Source: the human T2T-CHM13v2.0 reference genome, Homo sapiens | Length of the DNA: 64,000 bases | Assembly: GCF_009914755.1 (NCBI RefSeq) | Contig: NC_060928.1 | Direction: 5' to 3' (one strand) | Shown: in pieces, positions 38,190-54,549 of the stretch | Position numbering within the stretch: position 1 is the stretch's first letter | Layout of the letters: every line of letters starts with the position of its first letter | Position numbers and translations under genes: made by a program | Notes under the pieces: generated by a model | Seen by the model: the letters and a program-made list of their open reading frames with translations, nothing else | The model's database searches: none | Told to the model about the DNA's origin: nothing

Positions 38190-38420
38190 TAAGGCGTCAC
38201 GTGTTACGAACTGCTGCCACGTGCATCTTTTCATCACGAGGCTGAGATTTGTTATAATTTTTACAATAGTCATATTACCGAGAGGGGAAATGCCGCTCAG
38301 AAACATGATGTGCTTGCCCAGAGAGGCACAGCTGGCCAACGGTGGGGTGCAGTTTCCGCTTCTTCTCTGTCCAAATGCCCAGCCCTTGTTTTTTGCCTCA
38401 GCACTGAATTGCCTCCCAGT
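38190..38420 (-). mobile_element. MIR-like SINE relic
   Basis: 'gaggggaaatgccgctcagaaac...cttgcccagagaggcacagctgg' resembles MIR core antisense. Confidence 0.55.
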
Positions 38421-40208
38421 GAGAGCAAGAGCCTGCAGGGTTTTCCAATTTCCTCATTAATTGAGTCATATAGAGGACACTCTATAAATACGTGTTTAAT
38501 GCCATTCATTTGGACTGGTTCCCACTGAAGATGAACGCCAGATTTTGGAATGGGCACCAGTTTCTCCAGATGAACTTTTATCTTATGGAGTTCATTCTCC
38601 CTGACTCCAAATCCTTATGATACATGTGGGGCATTCGAAAGACAACAGGTTGGTTGGTTTGGGCTTTTTTCTTTGTTTGTTTTCAAAATAGGATATAACA
38701 AGCCTGTTTAGTTGTGTGTTTTCTGAAGACAGTGCTGTGGACAGAATGGTGCAGAGAGTCATGCACTTTCTAGCATTGGCTTCAACATGCCTCCTTCATC
38801 GGAATCATTATTTGTGCAAGTGCATAACTCACTCTTTCTTTTCAGCAAAGGACAATGGAGAAGCTATTAGAGAACAGGTCATTTCCAGAACAAGAAAGCT
38901 GTCTGGAGTATTTTTTTTTTTCAGCCAGCCAATTCATTCTTTTTAAATTGCCTTAGAAGTGTTAGAGCATGATAGTCAGACAGTAGCAATTTTAATGGGG
39001 TTTCACTGGATCAGCTAAAATAGACATTGAAAAGTTGAAGTGTCTGATTCTTTGTTTGCTTATGAATGCGCTCCTGGACTCATTGTCTCCATTTGTAACA
39101 TGCGGATAAAATCTCTTTTCACCTGCCTACCCGGTTGTGATGTGAAAATTAATAGGATGTGTTTTACTCACTAAAAAAAACTAAAAGATATTAAAAGCTG
39201 CACTTCATCATTTATAGCTGTGCAGTTCATCTTTGTATGGTTTTCATAGTGTTCAGATTGCCAGATTCTTTAAGAGCCTTTACATTTTATTTTTTCTTTC
39301 ATATCTGAAATGGTTACATTGACAGATACAGATTTTTTAAAAAATGATATGTTCCTGGCAACCTATAATCTGGTCCTTTGGAATATGCCTTTGACCATCC
39401 ATAAGAATATTTTGACCCACACTAAACCTGGCCTGTCACTCAGCAGGTGTTCATTATCATTTGTTCAATGAATAAATGAGTGAGTGACCTAGAAACGAAA
39501 CTGTTTTTAATGCTGCATGTGACACTTTACCAGGTAGCCACCATAAGGCTGCCTAAATGAAAGCAATTGATCAAGAAGCCACACTTTGTTGTACTTATCA
39601 TTGGCAGATGAGGTGACTCAGGTGACTAATGACAGGCCCCAGGGGTGGCAGGTAGAAGATGACGTGGGAGGTTTTGACTTCTGGCAAGGTGATGGGCTAG
39701 TCTATGACATGAAGAGCCTCTCAGTAAAATTGCTGAGGAATGGTGGACAAAATACATTTAAAAATTAAGTACAGAACTGAGCTTGAAAGGAAAACTCTTC
39801 ATGCACCAGGAAGGAAGGAGGCTTCTGAAAACCAGAGCATTAAGGGTCTGAGCCAATGCTGCAGCTGCCCAGGGGGCAGATCAAGGAGCTGAGCTGGTCT
39901 CAGTTATGTTGGGAGTTGGGGTTCAGCGCATATGTGGGCGTAGGAGATGAGACCTTGGGCCCTTGTGAGACAGGGAGTATGAACTGAAACTGCCACATAA
40001 ACTGGGGACCTTCCAAAGACTGTGCTTTCATTAAAGAGTCAACTAGAACAACAACAAAAATCTGTCCGTCAGCACAAGAGACAATAAGAAGTCTCTAATG
40101 GACTCTAGTAAGAAAAAGAAATTCACTTGCGAATTTGAAAACCTAGGCATATACCTCAGAAGTACTGAGGCCTGAATCTATATTACCAATATTGTTACAG
40201 AGAGTTAT

Positions 40209-42826
<2,618 letters not shown>

Positions 42827-42855
42827 GTCACTATGGCATAATAATAACATGATGT

Positions 42856-43176
42856 CCATTCTCAGCAAACTAACACAGGAGCAGAAAACTGAACACTGCA
42901 TGTTCTCACTCGTAAGTGGTAGTTGAACAATGAGAACACATGGACAAAGGGAGGGGAACATCACACACCAGGACCTGTTAGGGTTGGGGGCAAAGGGTTG
43001 GGAGAGCATTAGGACAAATACCTAATGCGTGCAGGCCCTAAACCCTAGATTACAGGTTGATGGATGCAGCAAACCACCACGGCACATGTATATCTATGTA
43101 ACAAACCTGCGTGTTCTGTACATGTATCCCAGAACTTAAAATTTAAAAAAGAAGAAATATAATAAGCAAATAAAAA
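42856..43176 (+). mobile_element. 5'-truncated L1PA8-like 3' end
   Basis: 3' UTR and poly-A; TSD ataataata(a/c)catgatgt (42838-42855 / 43177-43194). Confidence 0.9.
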
Positions 43177-43509
43177 ATAATAATACCATGATGTAAATTT
43201 TAAATCATGCTAAACTCAGCAACAAAGTTGAGAGATATGCACCATTGTATTAACGCTGTAAAAAAGCAAGACAAGAGTAAGTGCAAAACTCAAATTAGTG
43301 TTTCCATCTGGGGGATGGAAGAGGACATAATTGAGGTGAAACACACAAGGTTTAGGTATCATTGAACAGATTCTATTTCTTAAGTTGGATAATGGCTATA
43401 CCATTTATTTAATTACATTTACAAATCACAGATACATATGTTACATATTTTTTCTATTCTTTGAAATATATTTTTAAAAAATTGATTTACCTATTTTTAA
43501 TTCATTCTT

Positions 43510-44834
43510 AATTTTTTTATTAACAAGTCATAATTACATATGCTTATGGGTTATAATGTGAGGTTTTGATATATGTATACAATATGGAATAACTAAGTTA
43601 AGCTAACTAACATATCCATCACCTCACCTATCATTTGATGATGAGACATTTGAAATTTACTCTCTTAGTTAGTATAAAGTAGTCCCACTTATCCATGAGG
43701 GATGCATTCCAAAACCCCTAGCAGATACCTGAAACTGCAGATAGTTCCAAATCCTATATATATTGTTTTTTACCTATACATGAAACTGGCCCTCTGCATC
43801 TGCAGAGGATTGATTCCAGGACTCTTCACAGAGGCCAAAATCTACAGATTCTCAAGTCCCTTATATAAAATGCCACAATATAGTTAGCCTTCCATATCTA
43901 TGGGTTCTGCATCTGTGGATACAGAGGGCCTACTGTATATACCTATCATGAAGTTTAATTTCTAAATTAGGCACAGTAAGAAATTAACAGTAATAACTAA
44001 CACTAAGAACAATTATACAATCTACTGTAATAGAAGTTACATGGATGTGATATTTCTCAAAATATCTTACTATGCTGTACTAATGCTTCTTCTTCTTCTT
44101 GTGGTGATGTGAGATGATACAAAGTTTTTATGTGATGAGATGAAGTGAGGGGACTGACACAGGCATTGTGAGGTAGCATTTGGCTACTATTGACCTACTA
44201 ATGAGACAGAAGAAGGATCATCTACTTTAGGTGATCCTGGATTATCAAGCCATGATGATGTCAATGACCAGTGGCTGGGTAGCATATACAGCATAGATAT
44301 ACTGGGCAAGGGGATAATTGATGTCCTAGGCAGGACAGAGCAGGATAGTATGAGATTTCATCACATTACTCAGAACAGCACTCAATTTAGAACTTATGAG
44401 TTGTTTATTCCTGGAATTTTCCATTTCATATTTGCAGACCACAGTTGACCGTGGGTAACTGAAACCACAGAAAGCAAAATCATGGATAAGAGGGAAACTA
44501 CAGTATACAATACATTATGATTTACTGTAGTGCCCTGCTGTTCCATGGGTCTCAAAACCTATCCTTTCTATTTATTTGAAACTTCATACCCTTACATGAA
44601 CAACTCCCCATCTCCTTCCCTGACCACCCCTCCCTAGCCTCTGATAACCACTCTGTACTTCTATAAATTCATCTTTATTAGATTCCACATATAAGTGAGA
44701 TCGTGTGGTATTTCCCTCCCTGTGCCTGGCTTATTTCGCTGAGCATAATGTGCTCCAGAGTCATTAATGTTGTCACAAATGATAGGATTTCCTTCTTTTT
44801 TTAAAAGGCTAAATAGTATTCCATTGTTTATATT
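43510..44834 (-). mobile_element. L1MA-like 3' end, interrupted by MER44
   Basis: 'taacatatccatcacctca' and 'agattccacatataagtgagatc'. Confidence 0.75.
43678..44502 (-). mobile_element. MER44-type (TcMar-Tigger) DNA transposon with a nested MER2-like element (~43785-43935)
   Basis: TIR-like ends agtagtcccacttatcc / ggataagagggaaactacag flanked by TA; inner 'ctcaagtcccttatataaaatg' is MER2-like. Confidence 0.7.
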
Positions 44835-45830
44835 ACCCAGTCAGCAGAACAAAAAGGAAAAAAAAAGAATCAAAAAGAACAAAGAAGGCCATGGGAATTA
44901 TGAGACACCATCAAGATGTTCCTGAAAGAGAAGAAAGAGAAAAAGTCCAAGAAAACATATTTAAGGAAATAATGGCCCCATATTTCCCAAATCTAAGGAA
45001 CGACAACAAAAACATCCAGGTATAGGAAGCTCAGAGGTTGCCAGTCAAATTTAATCCAAAGAGGAATTCACCAAGAAACTGCATAATCAAATTATCAAAA
45101 ATTAAACACAAAGAATACTGAAAGCAGCAGGTCATAAGAAACAAATCACATTCAAGGGAGCCCCAAGATGGCTTTCAACAGATTTCTCAGCAGAAACCCT
45201 GCAGGCCAGGAGAGAGTGGGATGATATATTCAACGTGCTGAAGGAAACACAATTGTAAATCAGGAGTATTTTACCTGGCAATCTTTAGAAATAATGGAGA
45301 AGTAAAAAGTCCTGGGCAAACAAAGCTAAAGGAGTTCATCACCATTAGACCTGCAGAAATTGCTAAAGGGAGTTTTTGTTTGTTTGTTTGTTTTTTAAGC
45401 TGAAACAAAAGGCCACTAACTAAAAACAAACCAAAAAAAATGAAAGTGAAAACAAAAACTCAGTGGTATAAGTAATATACTGCCATACTGAGAATTTTCT
45501 AATTGTACCATAAAGGTGGTGTGTAAAGCAATTTTATTCCTACTCAGAGGGTTACAACACAAGACTATTCAAAAATTGTCTAGGCGTACAAATTACAAAA
45601 ACAAATGTAAATTTTGAAATCAAAATTGTAAAAGAGGGAGAGGGAGTGAATGCATAAGTTTTTGTATGTGATTAAAGGCACATTTTTATCATCTTAAATT
45701 AGGTTGTTATAAGAATAAAATATTTTATGTAAGCCTCATGGCACCCGCAAAGCAAAAAAACTGTAGTAGCTGCTCAAAACATAAGAAAACCATCAAACCA
45801 CAAAAGAAGACAGCAAAAGAAGAAGGAAAT
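44835..45830 (+). mobile_element. L1M ORF1-region fragment
   Basis: 'gatttctcagcagaaaccctgcaggccaggagagagtgggatgatatattc' encodes ETLQARREWDDIF. Confidence 0.8.
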
Positions 45831-46019
45831 AGTTTTAAATGGCAACAAGTAAATTGAACAAGATTAAGACAAAAGTAAACTTTAACTCTAAAAACTAGGT
45901 TTAAGAGAAGACTTAGGCAGCAATAATAGAAGGGATAGAATACAATGATAATAGAAGGCATAGAATAATAGAAGGAGTGATATAGTAAAACTACTCAAGG
46001 GTTCGTATGGTTTTTTTTG

Positions 46020-46860
46020 TCTTATCAATTACTATGATAAAATGTACATTAATCTATTATAAAAAGTTAAAATGTATTAAAGCTTACACACAAACCCTTA
46101 CAGACCGTACACGGGGACATTCAAAGTTGATAGACATGTAAACAAATGTAAAGATGTAGTGTGAAATTATAACTGCATAAAACTCACTGTAACACATACT
46201 GTATGACGGTAATAATTTTACAGCCACCTTCTGTTGCCAATGCAGTGAGCCCAAGTGTTGCTTCTGCTTAAAACATCATATGATACTAATCATCTCCACG
46301 TGAGCAGCTCATCTTTCCAGTAAATTGCGTATCACAGAAAAAGTGATCTCTCGCAGCTCTTGTGTATTTTTCATCATGTTTAGTGCAATACTGTAAACCT
46401 TGAATAACACCATGGACCCATACAAAGTGCCACTTGTGGTGCTAGAAACGCTCCCAAGAAACAGAAAAATCATGACATTACAAGAAAAAGTTAAATTGCC
46501 TGATAATGTACCACAGCTGCAGCTGTGGTTGCCCACCATTTTAAACAAATTGTTCATCTTATAAACAGAGATGTAAACTTACAGTATCAATATAAAGTAC
46601 AGTATTGTAAATATATTTTCTCTTAAGATTGTCATAATAGCATTTTAATTTCTCTAGCTTACTTTATTGTAAGATTACAGTACATAATACATATTACATA
46701 CAAAATATGTGTTAATCAACTGCTCATGTTCTTGGTAAGGCTACCGGTCGACAGTAGGCTCTTAGTAAAGTCTTAAGGCAGTCAAAAATTATACATAGAT
46801 TTTTGAGTGTGGGGAGGGGGTTGATGCCTTTAATCCCCATGTTGTTTAGGGTCAACTTTA
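46020..46860. mobile_element. Tigger2-family DNA transposon fragment
   Basis: 'aaagtgatctctcgcag', 'catgacattacaagaaaaagtt' and terminal 'gttgtttagggtcaact'. Confidence 0.7.
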
Positions 46861-47369
46861 TATAAAATGATAAAAATATATCTGTGACCACAATAGTTAT
46901 AAACATTCTGAACTTACTAAAGAATACCCAAAATCTCAGTTTGAATATTTTAAAAACCTATGTGTAGCCTATTTACAAGTGTCATGATGAAAAGCATGAA
47001 GATAGTGAAAGACAGGACATAATAGGATAGAAAAAGATAAACCAAGAAAAGAATTATAGTACAAATTGACTGCACAGCAAAAGGAATTTTTTAGGATCCT
47101 GAGAATAACCATAGCAATCATAAGAACAATTCACATTTCTGAACTTGTATGCTCCTCACATAAAATTGAGAAATGTATGAAGGAAAAATTGCCAGAATTA
47201 CAAGGGAAAGGAACAAATCTAATATTTGGTGAGAGATTTTTAACTCACCTCCCTTATTAGTAGATAGATCAAATGGTAAGTAGCACACAATTTAGAAATT
47301 CAAGCTAATGGAGAGAAATACAACTCTGCATGAAACAGTAAAACTGAATGTCAGTAGACATCAAGCTCA

Positions 47370-47740
47370 CTCTGAATTGTGTTCTTCCCAAAATTCTCAT
47401 GATAAATCGCTAACCCCCTATACCTCAGAATATGACTGTATTTGGAGACAGGTTCTTTAAAGACATAATTAAGTTAAAGTGAGGTCATTAGGACCCTCAT
47501 CCAATATGACTGATATCCATATAGAAAGAGGAGATTAGGACCCACAGAGACACAGAGGGAGGATCATTATGTGGTGAGAAGACGGCCGTCTACAAGCCAA
47601 GGAGAGAGGTCACTCAAACCAACCCTGCCAATGCCATGATCTTGCACTTGCAGCCTCCAGAACTATGAGAAAATAAATTTCTGTCGTTTAAGCCACCTGG
47701 CTGTGGTACTTTATTATGGCAGTTCTAGCAAACTAATACA
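47370..47740 (+). mobile_element. MLT1A/B-like MaLR solo LTR
   Basis: 'gactgtatttggagacagg...cagcctccagaactatgagaaaataaatttctg...aaactaataca'. Confidence 0.85.
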
Positions 47741-47959
47741 CTGTAATCAAAGAAACTCAAAACTACATTAAAAACCATTTTACACCCAACAGATGAGCCA
47801 CAAAACTAGACTTCTCAATAACTAACAAGTCATCTATAAGATGTGGAGAGTCGGATACTTTAATATAAGTTTTATGGAAGTATAAGATCTATGGAGAAGT
47901 GCACAAATGACTGAGTGTACATATTGAGTTTCACCTGGGAACACACTAAGTGTTCTCCA

Positions 47960-48990
<1,031 letters not shown>

Positions 48991-50992
48991 TTTTTCAGTT
49001 TAAGTCGATGAATATAATTCTAAAGTTTTTTTTATTTTTGAATAGATACATTTATATGCTTCACAATTTAAAAGATGGACATGAGTGTACAGTGAAATGT
49101 CTCCTTTTCATCCCTGAAACCAAGCCAACTAGTGTCGTTCCTGCCCCAATCAGTTTCATGAATTTACTTCAAGACCTTTTATGTACATGTAAATAATACA
49201 TATGGTATTTTCCCCTTTTTATAAAATTCTTTTTTTTTACACAAATGGTAGTATATTAAACATTGTTGTGCATATTGCTTTGTGGAGGAGGTAAAAGTTT
49301 TATTGAGATATAAATTCACATGCCATAAAATTCATCATTTTAAAATGTACAATTCAGGAGTTTTTAATATATTCAGAGTTGTGCAATCATTACCACTAAC
49401 TTCAGAATATTTTTATCTGCCCTAAAAGAAATCTGATCTCCATTAGCAGTCACTGTTGATTCCCTGCTCCTCCTAGCCCCCAGAAACCACTAACCTACTG
49501 TTTGTTTCCATAGATTTGCTTGTTCCATAAAAGTTGAATCATACAACATATAACCTATTAAGACTGATTTCTTTCATTCATCATAATGTTTTCAAGATTC
49601 ACCCATGTTATAGCATGTATCAGTACTTCAATTCTTTTATATGGTCAAATAATCTTCCGTTTTATGGATCTACCATACTTTGTTTATACTTGATGGAGTG
49701 TTTCAATTGTTTCCCTATTTTGAGTAATGCTACTGGGAATATTTGGTCCAGGTTTTTGTGTGGGCATGTTTTTCACTTCTCTTAGGTATATATCTAGGAG
49801 TGGAAGTGAAGGATGGCATAGTAACTCTTTGTTTAACATGAAGAATTGCCAGACTTTTCTGACTGTTTTTACAGTGGTTAAACCATTTTGCAGTCCCATC
49901 AGCGATGCATGGAGGTTCAAATCCTATGTGCACCTGTGTTATTGTCCATCTTTTTCATTTTTACCATCTTAGTGGGTATAAATGATCCCTTATTGTGGTT
50001 TCGTGTTAAATGTCCCTGATGATTAATGATGTTGAACATCTTTTCATGGGTTTTTTGGTTATTTTGGTATATTTTGATTGGAAAAATGTCTTTTGAAATT
50101 GTTTGCCTATTTTTTAAATTGGTTTATTTGTCTTTTTATTATTGAGTTGTAAGTTTTTAAATCTAATTCTGGATAAACATCTCTTATCAGATATAGAATT
50201 TGCAAGTGAGGTTTTTCATTCTCTGGATTGTCTTTCTGCTTTCTTGATAGTGTCCTTTGGAACACAAAAGTTTTTAATTTTAATGACAACCAACTTTCTA
50301 TTTTTTTCTTTTATCATTTGTGCTTTTGGTGTCCTATCCAAGCTCTTGAAAACCTACACCTATGTTTTGTTCTGAAATAATCTGTCAGCACAAAACAACT
50401 ATGTTTTAAAGTTTTAGCTTTATGTTTAGGTCTATGATTTATCTTGAGTTTAAAGCAAGTTTTTGTATGGTGGCAGGTAAGAATTCACCTTCATTCGTTG
50501 CAAATGAATAAATGGTGTTCCAGCACCATTTGTTGAAAAAACAGTCATATGTCACTTGACAGGGATACATTCTGAGAAAGGTTTCATTGGGCTATTGCAG
50601 CACTGTGTGAATATCACAGAGTATACTTGCACAAATTTTGATGATATAGGGTACTACATACCTAGGCTATATGGTATAACCTATTACTTCTAGGTTACAG
50701 ATATATGTAGGATGTTACTGTACTAAATACCATAGGCAGTTGTAACACAATGGTAAGTATTTATGTATCTAAACATAGAAAAAGCATAAGTGTGGTATAA
50801 GAGATGAAAAATGGCACACCTGTATAAGTTACTTACCGTGAATGGAGTTGGCAGGCCTGGAAGTTGCTCTGGGTGAGTCAGTGAGTGAGTGGTGAGTGAA
50901 TGTGAGGGTCAAGGACATTATTGTACACTTGGACACTACTGCAGACATTGTAAACACTGTACACTTAGGCTACACTAAATTTATTTTATTCT

Positions 50993-51223
50993 TTTTTTTT
51001 GAGACGGAGTCTCGCTGTCTCCCAGCCAATAAATATATAAATATATAAAGAGGTGTTCAGTCTCATTAGATGTCAGAGAAGTGCAAATTAAAATGAAAAT
51101 GTGATAACTCTTTACACCCAACAAAATGGCTCACTGCAAGCTCCACCTCCCGGGTTCACGCCATTCTCCTGCCTCAGCCTCCCGAGTAGCTGGGAGTACA
51201 GGCACCCACCACCATGCCCGGCT

Positions 51224-51258
<35 letters not shown>

Positions 51259-51385
51259 ATTTTTAGTAGAGATGGGGTTTCACCATGTTAGCCAGGATGG
51301 TCTTGATCTCTTGACCTTGTGATCCGCCTGCCTCGGCCCCCCAAAGTGCTGGGATTACAAGCGTGATGAGCCACCACGCCCGGCC
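50993..51385 (-). mobile_element. AluY containing a foreign 106-bp insert
   Basis: 'gcaagctcc...gggttcacgccattctcc'; TSD tattttattct (50982-50992 / 51386-51396). Confidence 0.93.
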
Positions 51386-51396
51386 TATTTTATTCT

Positions 51397-51737
51397 CTTT
51401 TTAGAGCTTTTATTTTAGGTTCAGGGATACGTGTGCAGGTTTGTTATATAGGTAAATTGTGTGTCATGAGGTTTTGTTGTACAGATTATTTCATCACCCA
51501 GCTAATAAGCATAGTACCCAATAGGTAGTTTTTCAATCTTCACCCTCCTCCCAAACTCCACCGTCAAGTAACCCCCCGTGTCTGTTGTTCCCTTCTTTGT
51601 GTTCATAGGTACTATTTATTTAGCTCCCACTTACAAGTGAGAACATGCAGTATATGGTATTCTGTTCCTGGGTTAGTTTCCTGTTGAGGTGGAGCACAGC
51701 CACGGACGCCCATCTTCCAAGGCTCACCTTGCTCCCC
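51397..51737 (-). mobile_element. L1PA15/16-like 3' end with a 57-bp extra 5' segment
   Basis: 3' UTR 'gtttgttatataggtaaattg'; TSD ctaaatttatttta (50975-50988 / 51737-51750). Confidence 0.85.
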
Positions 51738-52135
51738 TAAATTTATTTTAAAATGTTTTACTTTCTTCAATAATAAATCGACGTTAGTATACTGTAACAT
51801 TTTTAACTTTATAAACTTTTAAATATTTTAAATTTTTTGACTCTTTTGTAATAACACAACGTAAAACACAAACATTTTACAGCTAAACAAAAATGTTTTA
51901 TTCCTTTATATGCTTATTCTATAATATTTTTTCTATTTCTGCCTACATTTTTAAACTTTTTTGTTAAATACTAAGACACAAACACAAACATTAGCCTAGG
52001 CCTGCATAGGGCCAAGATCATCAAGATATCACTGGCTGATAATAATCTTTATCTCCGTTATAATCTCATGGGACCACCGTGGTACATGCAGTCCATTGTT
52101 GACTGAAACATTACACAGCACGTGACTGCATTTTT

Positions 52136-52228
52136 TTAATTACTTAATTTTTTTTAAAATTTTACTTTAAGTTCATACATGTAAACTTTACTTTTACTTT
52201 AAGGATACATGTGCTGAATGTGCAGGTT
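52136..52228 (-). mobile_element. Very short L1PA 3'-end stub
   Basis: Poly-T, then 'tactttaagttc...gatacatgtgctgaatgtgcaggtt'. Confidence 0.75.
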
Positions 52229-54549
52229 ATGAATTAGCAAAAGGAGTATAAGACATTTACACTGAAAACTATAAAACAGCATTGAAAAACTTAAATAAGA
52301 TATACATAAAGGAAAATATTCATGGATCAAAAGATTAAGTATTAGGAATGCAGTACTCTTGAAATTGATCTGTAGATTCAACACAATTATTTTTAAAATT
52401 TCAGCTATAATATTTGCCAATATTGCAAGCTGATAGTAAAATTCATACGGAAAGGCAAGAGATACATAATAACCAAAATAATCTAGGCTGCATTCTTTCC
52501 CCTATTAGTTTATCTTAGCACTCTGATCAAAATCAATTCATCATAAAGATGTTTGTGTCTGGACTCAATTTTGTTCTACTGATCAATTTTCCTATCCTTA
52601 TTTATGCCAATGCCACACTGTCTTCGTTACTATAACATTGTAATAAGTTTGAAAGTTTTGTCATTTTTTGAAGGATTATTTTGGTGATTATGTATCTCTT
52701 GCATGTCCATAGGAATTTTAATACCAGCCAGCAATTTTGGCAAAACTCATAGCTGAAATTTGGAAAATAATTGTGTTGAATCTGTAGATTAATTTCAAGA
52801 GTATCGCATTCCTAATATTTAATCTTTTGATCCATGAATATTTTCATTTATGTATATCTTATTTAATTTTTTCAATGATGTTTTGTAGTTTTCAGTGTAA
52901 AAGTCTTGTACTGCTTTCACCAAATTTATTTATAAGAATTTGGATCTTTTAATGCTATTTTAAATAAAATTGTTTTCTGTATTATATTTTCAGATTATTC
53001 ATTCCTAGTGTGTAGAAATACAGCTGATTTTTTGTATATTAATTATGTTTGCTGCAGCCTTACTAAATTCATGTATTAGTTCTAATAGGTTTCTTTGCAG
53101 ATTAAAAGAATTACACGCAAATCAAGTAATTTTTCATCAGAGATAGTTTTACTTGCTTTCTAATCTAGATGGCTTTTATTTATTTCTCTTTCCTATTTTC
53201 CCTGACTATAGCTTCCAATACAGTGTTGAGTAGAAGTGGTGAGAGCTGGCATCCTTGTTTTGTTCCTGATCTTAAGGGGAAAGCATTCAGTCTTTCTCTA
53301 TTAAGTCTGATGTGGTTGGGTTTGTTTTTGTTTTTTGTTTGTTTGTTTGTTTTTTCATAGATGCCCTTTATTAAGTTGAGGAAACGCCTTTCTGTCTCTT
53401 TTTTTGTTTCTTTTGATTCTGGGGATACGTGTGCAGGTTTGTTACATGAATATATTGCATGATGCTGAGGTTTGGGCTTTGATTGAACCCATCGCCCAGA
53501 TAGCAAACCTAGTACCCAATAAGTAGTTTTACCACGTTTTCTTTATTCAGTCCACCACTGATAGGCACTTAAGTTGATTCCATGCGATAGGCAGCAAGGT
53601 TGATGCCATGTCTTTGTTATTGTGAACAATGCTGCAATAAAAACACGAGTGCAGCGGTCTTTTTTGGTACAACAATTCATTTTACTTTGGGTATATACCC
53701 CGTAATGAGATTGCTGGACCACACAGTAATTCTATTTTTAGCTCTTTGAAGAGTCTCCAAATTGCTTTCTATGGGAACTGAACTAATTTACAACCCCAAC
53801 AACAATGTATGAATGCTTCCTTTTCTCTGGAACCTTGCCAAAATCTATTATTTTTTGACTTTTTATAATAGCCATTCTGACTGATGTGAAATGGTATCTC
53901 ATTGTGGTTTCAGTTTGCATTTCTCTGATGATTAGTGACATTGAGCAGTTTTTTCATGTTTGTTGGCTGCTTGTATGTGTTCTTCAGAGACGTGTCTATT
54001 CATTTCCTTTTCCCACTTTTTAATGGGGCTGTTTTTTTTCTTGTTGATTTGTTTCAGTTCCTTATAGATTCTGAATATTAGTGCTTTATTGGGTGCATAA
54101 TTTGCAAATATTTTCTCCCATTTTGTACATTGTCTGTTTAATATTTTGCTGTGGTAGTTTCTTTTGCTGTGCAAAAGCTCTTTAGTTTAATTAGGTCACA
54201 ATTGTCAATTTATTTTTGTTTTTGTTCTCTTTGCTTTTGAGGACTTAGTGATAAACTTTTGCCTAGGCCAATGTCCAGCAGAGTATTTCCTAGGTTTTGC
54301 TCTAGGACTTTTTTTCTTTTTTTTTAAATTACACTTTAAGTTCTGGGATACATGTGCAGAATGTCCAGGTTTGCTACATAGATATACATGTGCCATGGTG
54401 GTTTGCTGCACCCATCAACCTGTCAGCTAGGTTTTAGCCCTGCATGCATTCAGTATTTCTCCTAATGCTATCCGTTCCCATTGCCCCCTACTCCCTGACA
54501 GGCCCTGGTGTGTGATGTTCCCCTCCCTGTGTCCATGTGTTCTCATTGT

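Larger units (their letters stand above)
50542..52128 (+). mobile_element. Tigger3 (Golem)-family non-autonomous DNA transposon, interrupted
   Basis: TIRs cagtcat... / ...gtgactg; internal 'ggaagttgctctgggtgagtcagtgagtgagtggtgagtgaatgtg'. Confidence 0.85.

Noticed and set aside
53560-53610. ~26-bp diverged tandem duplication in L1PB
   Set aside because: Ordinary old slippage event with no evident significance.
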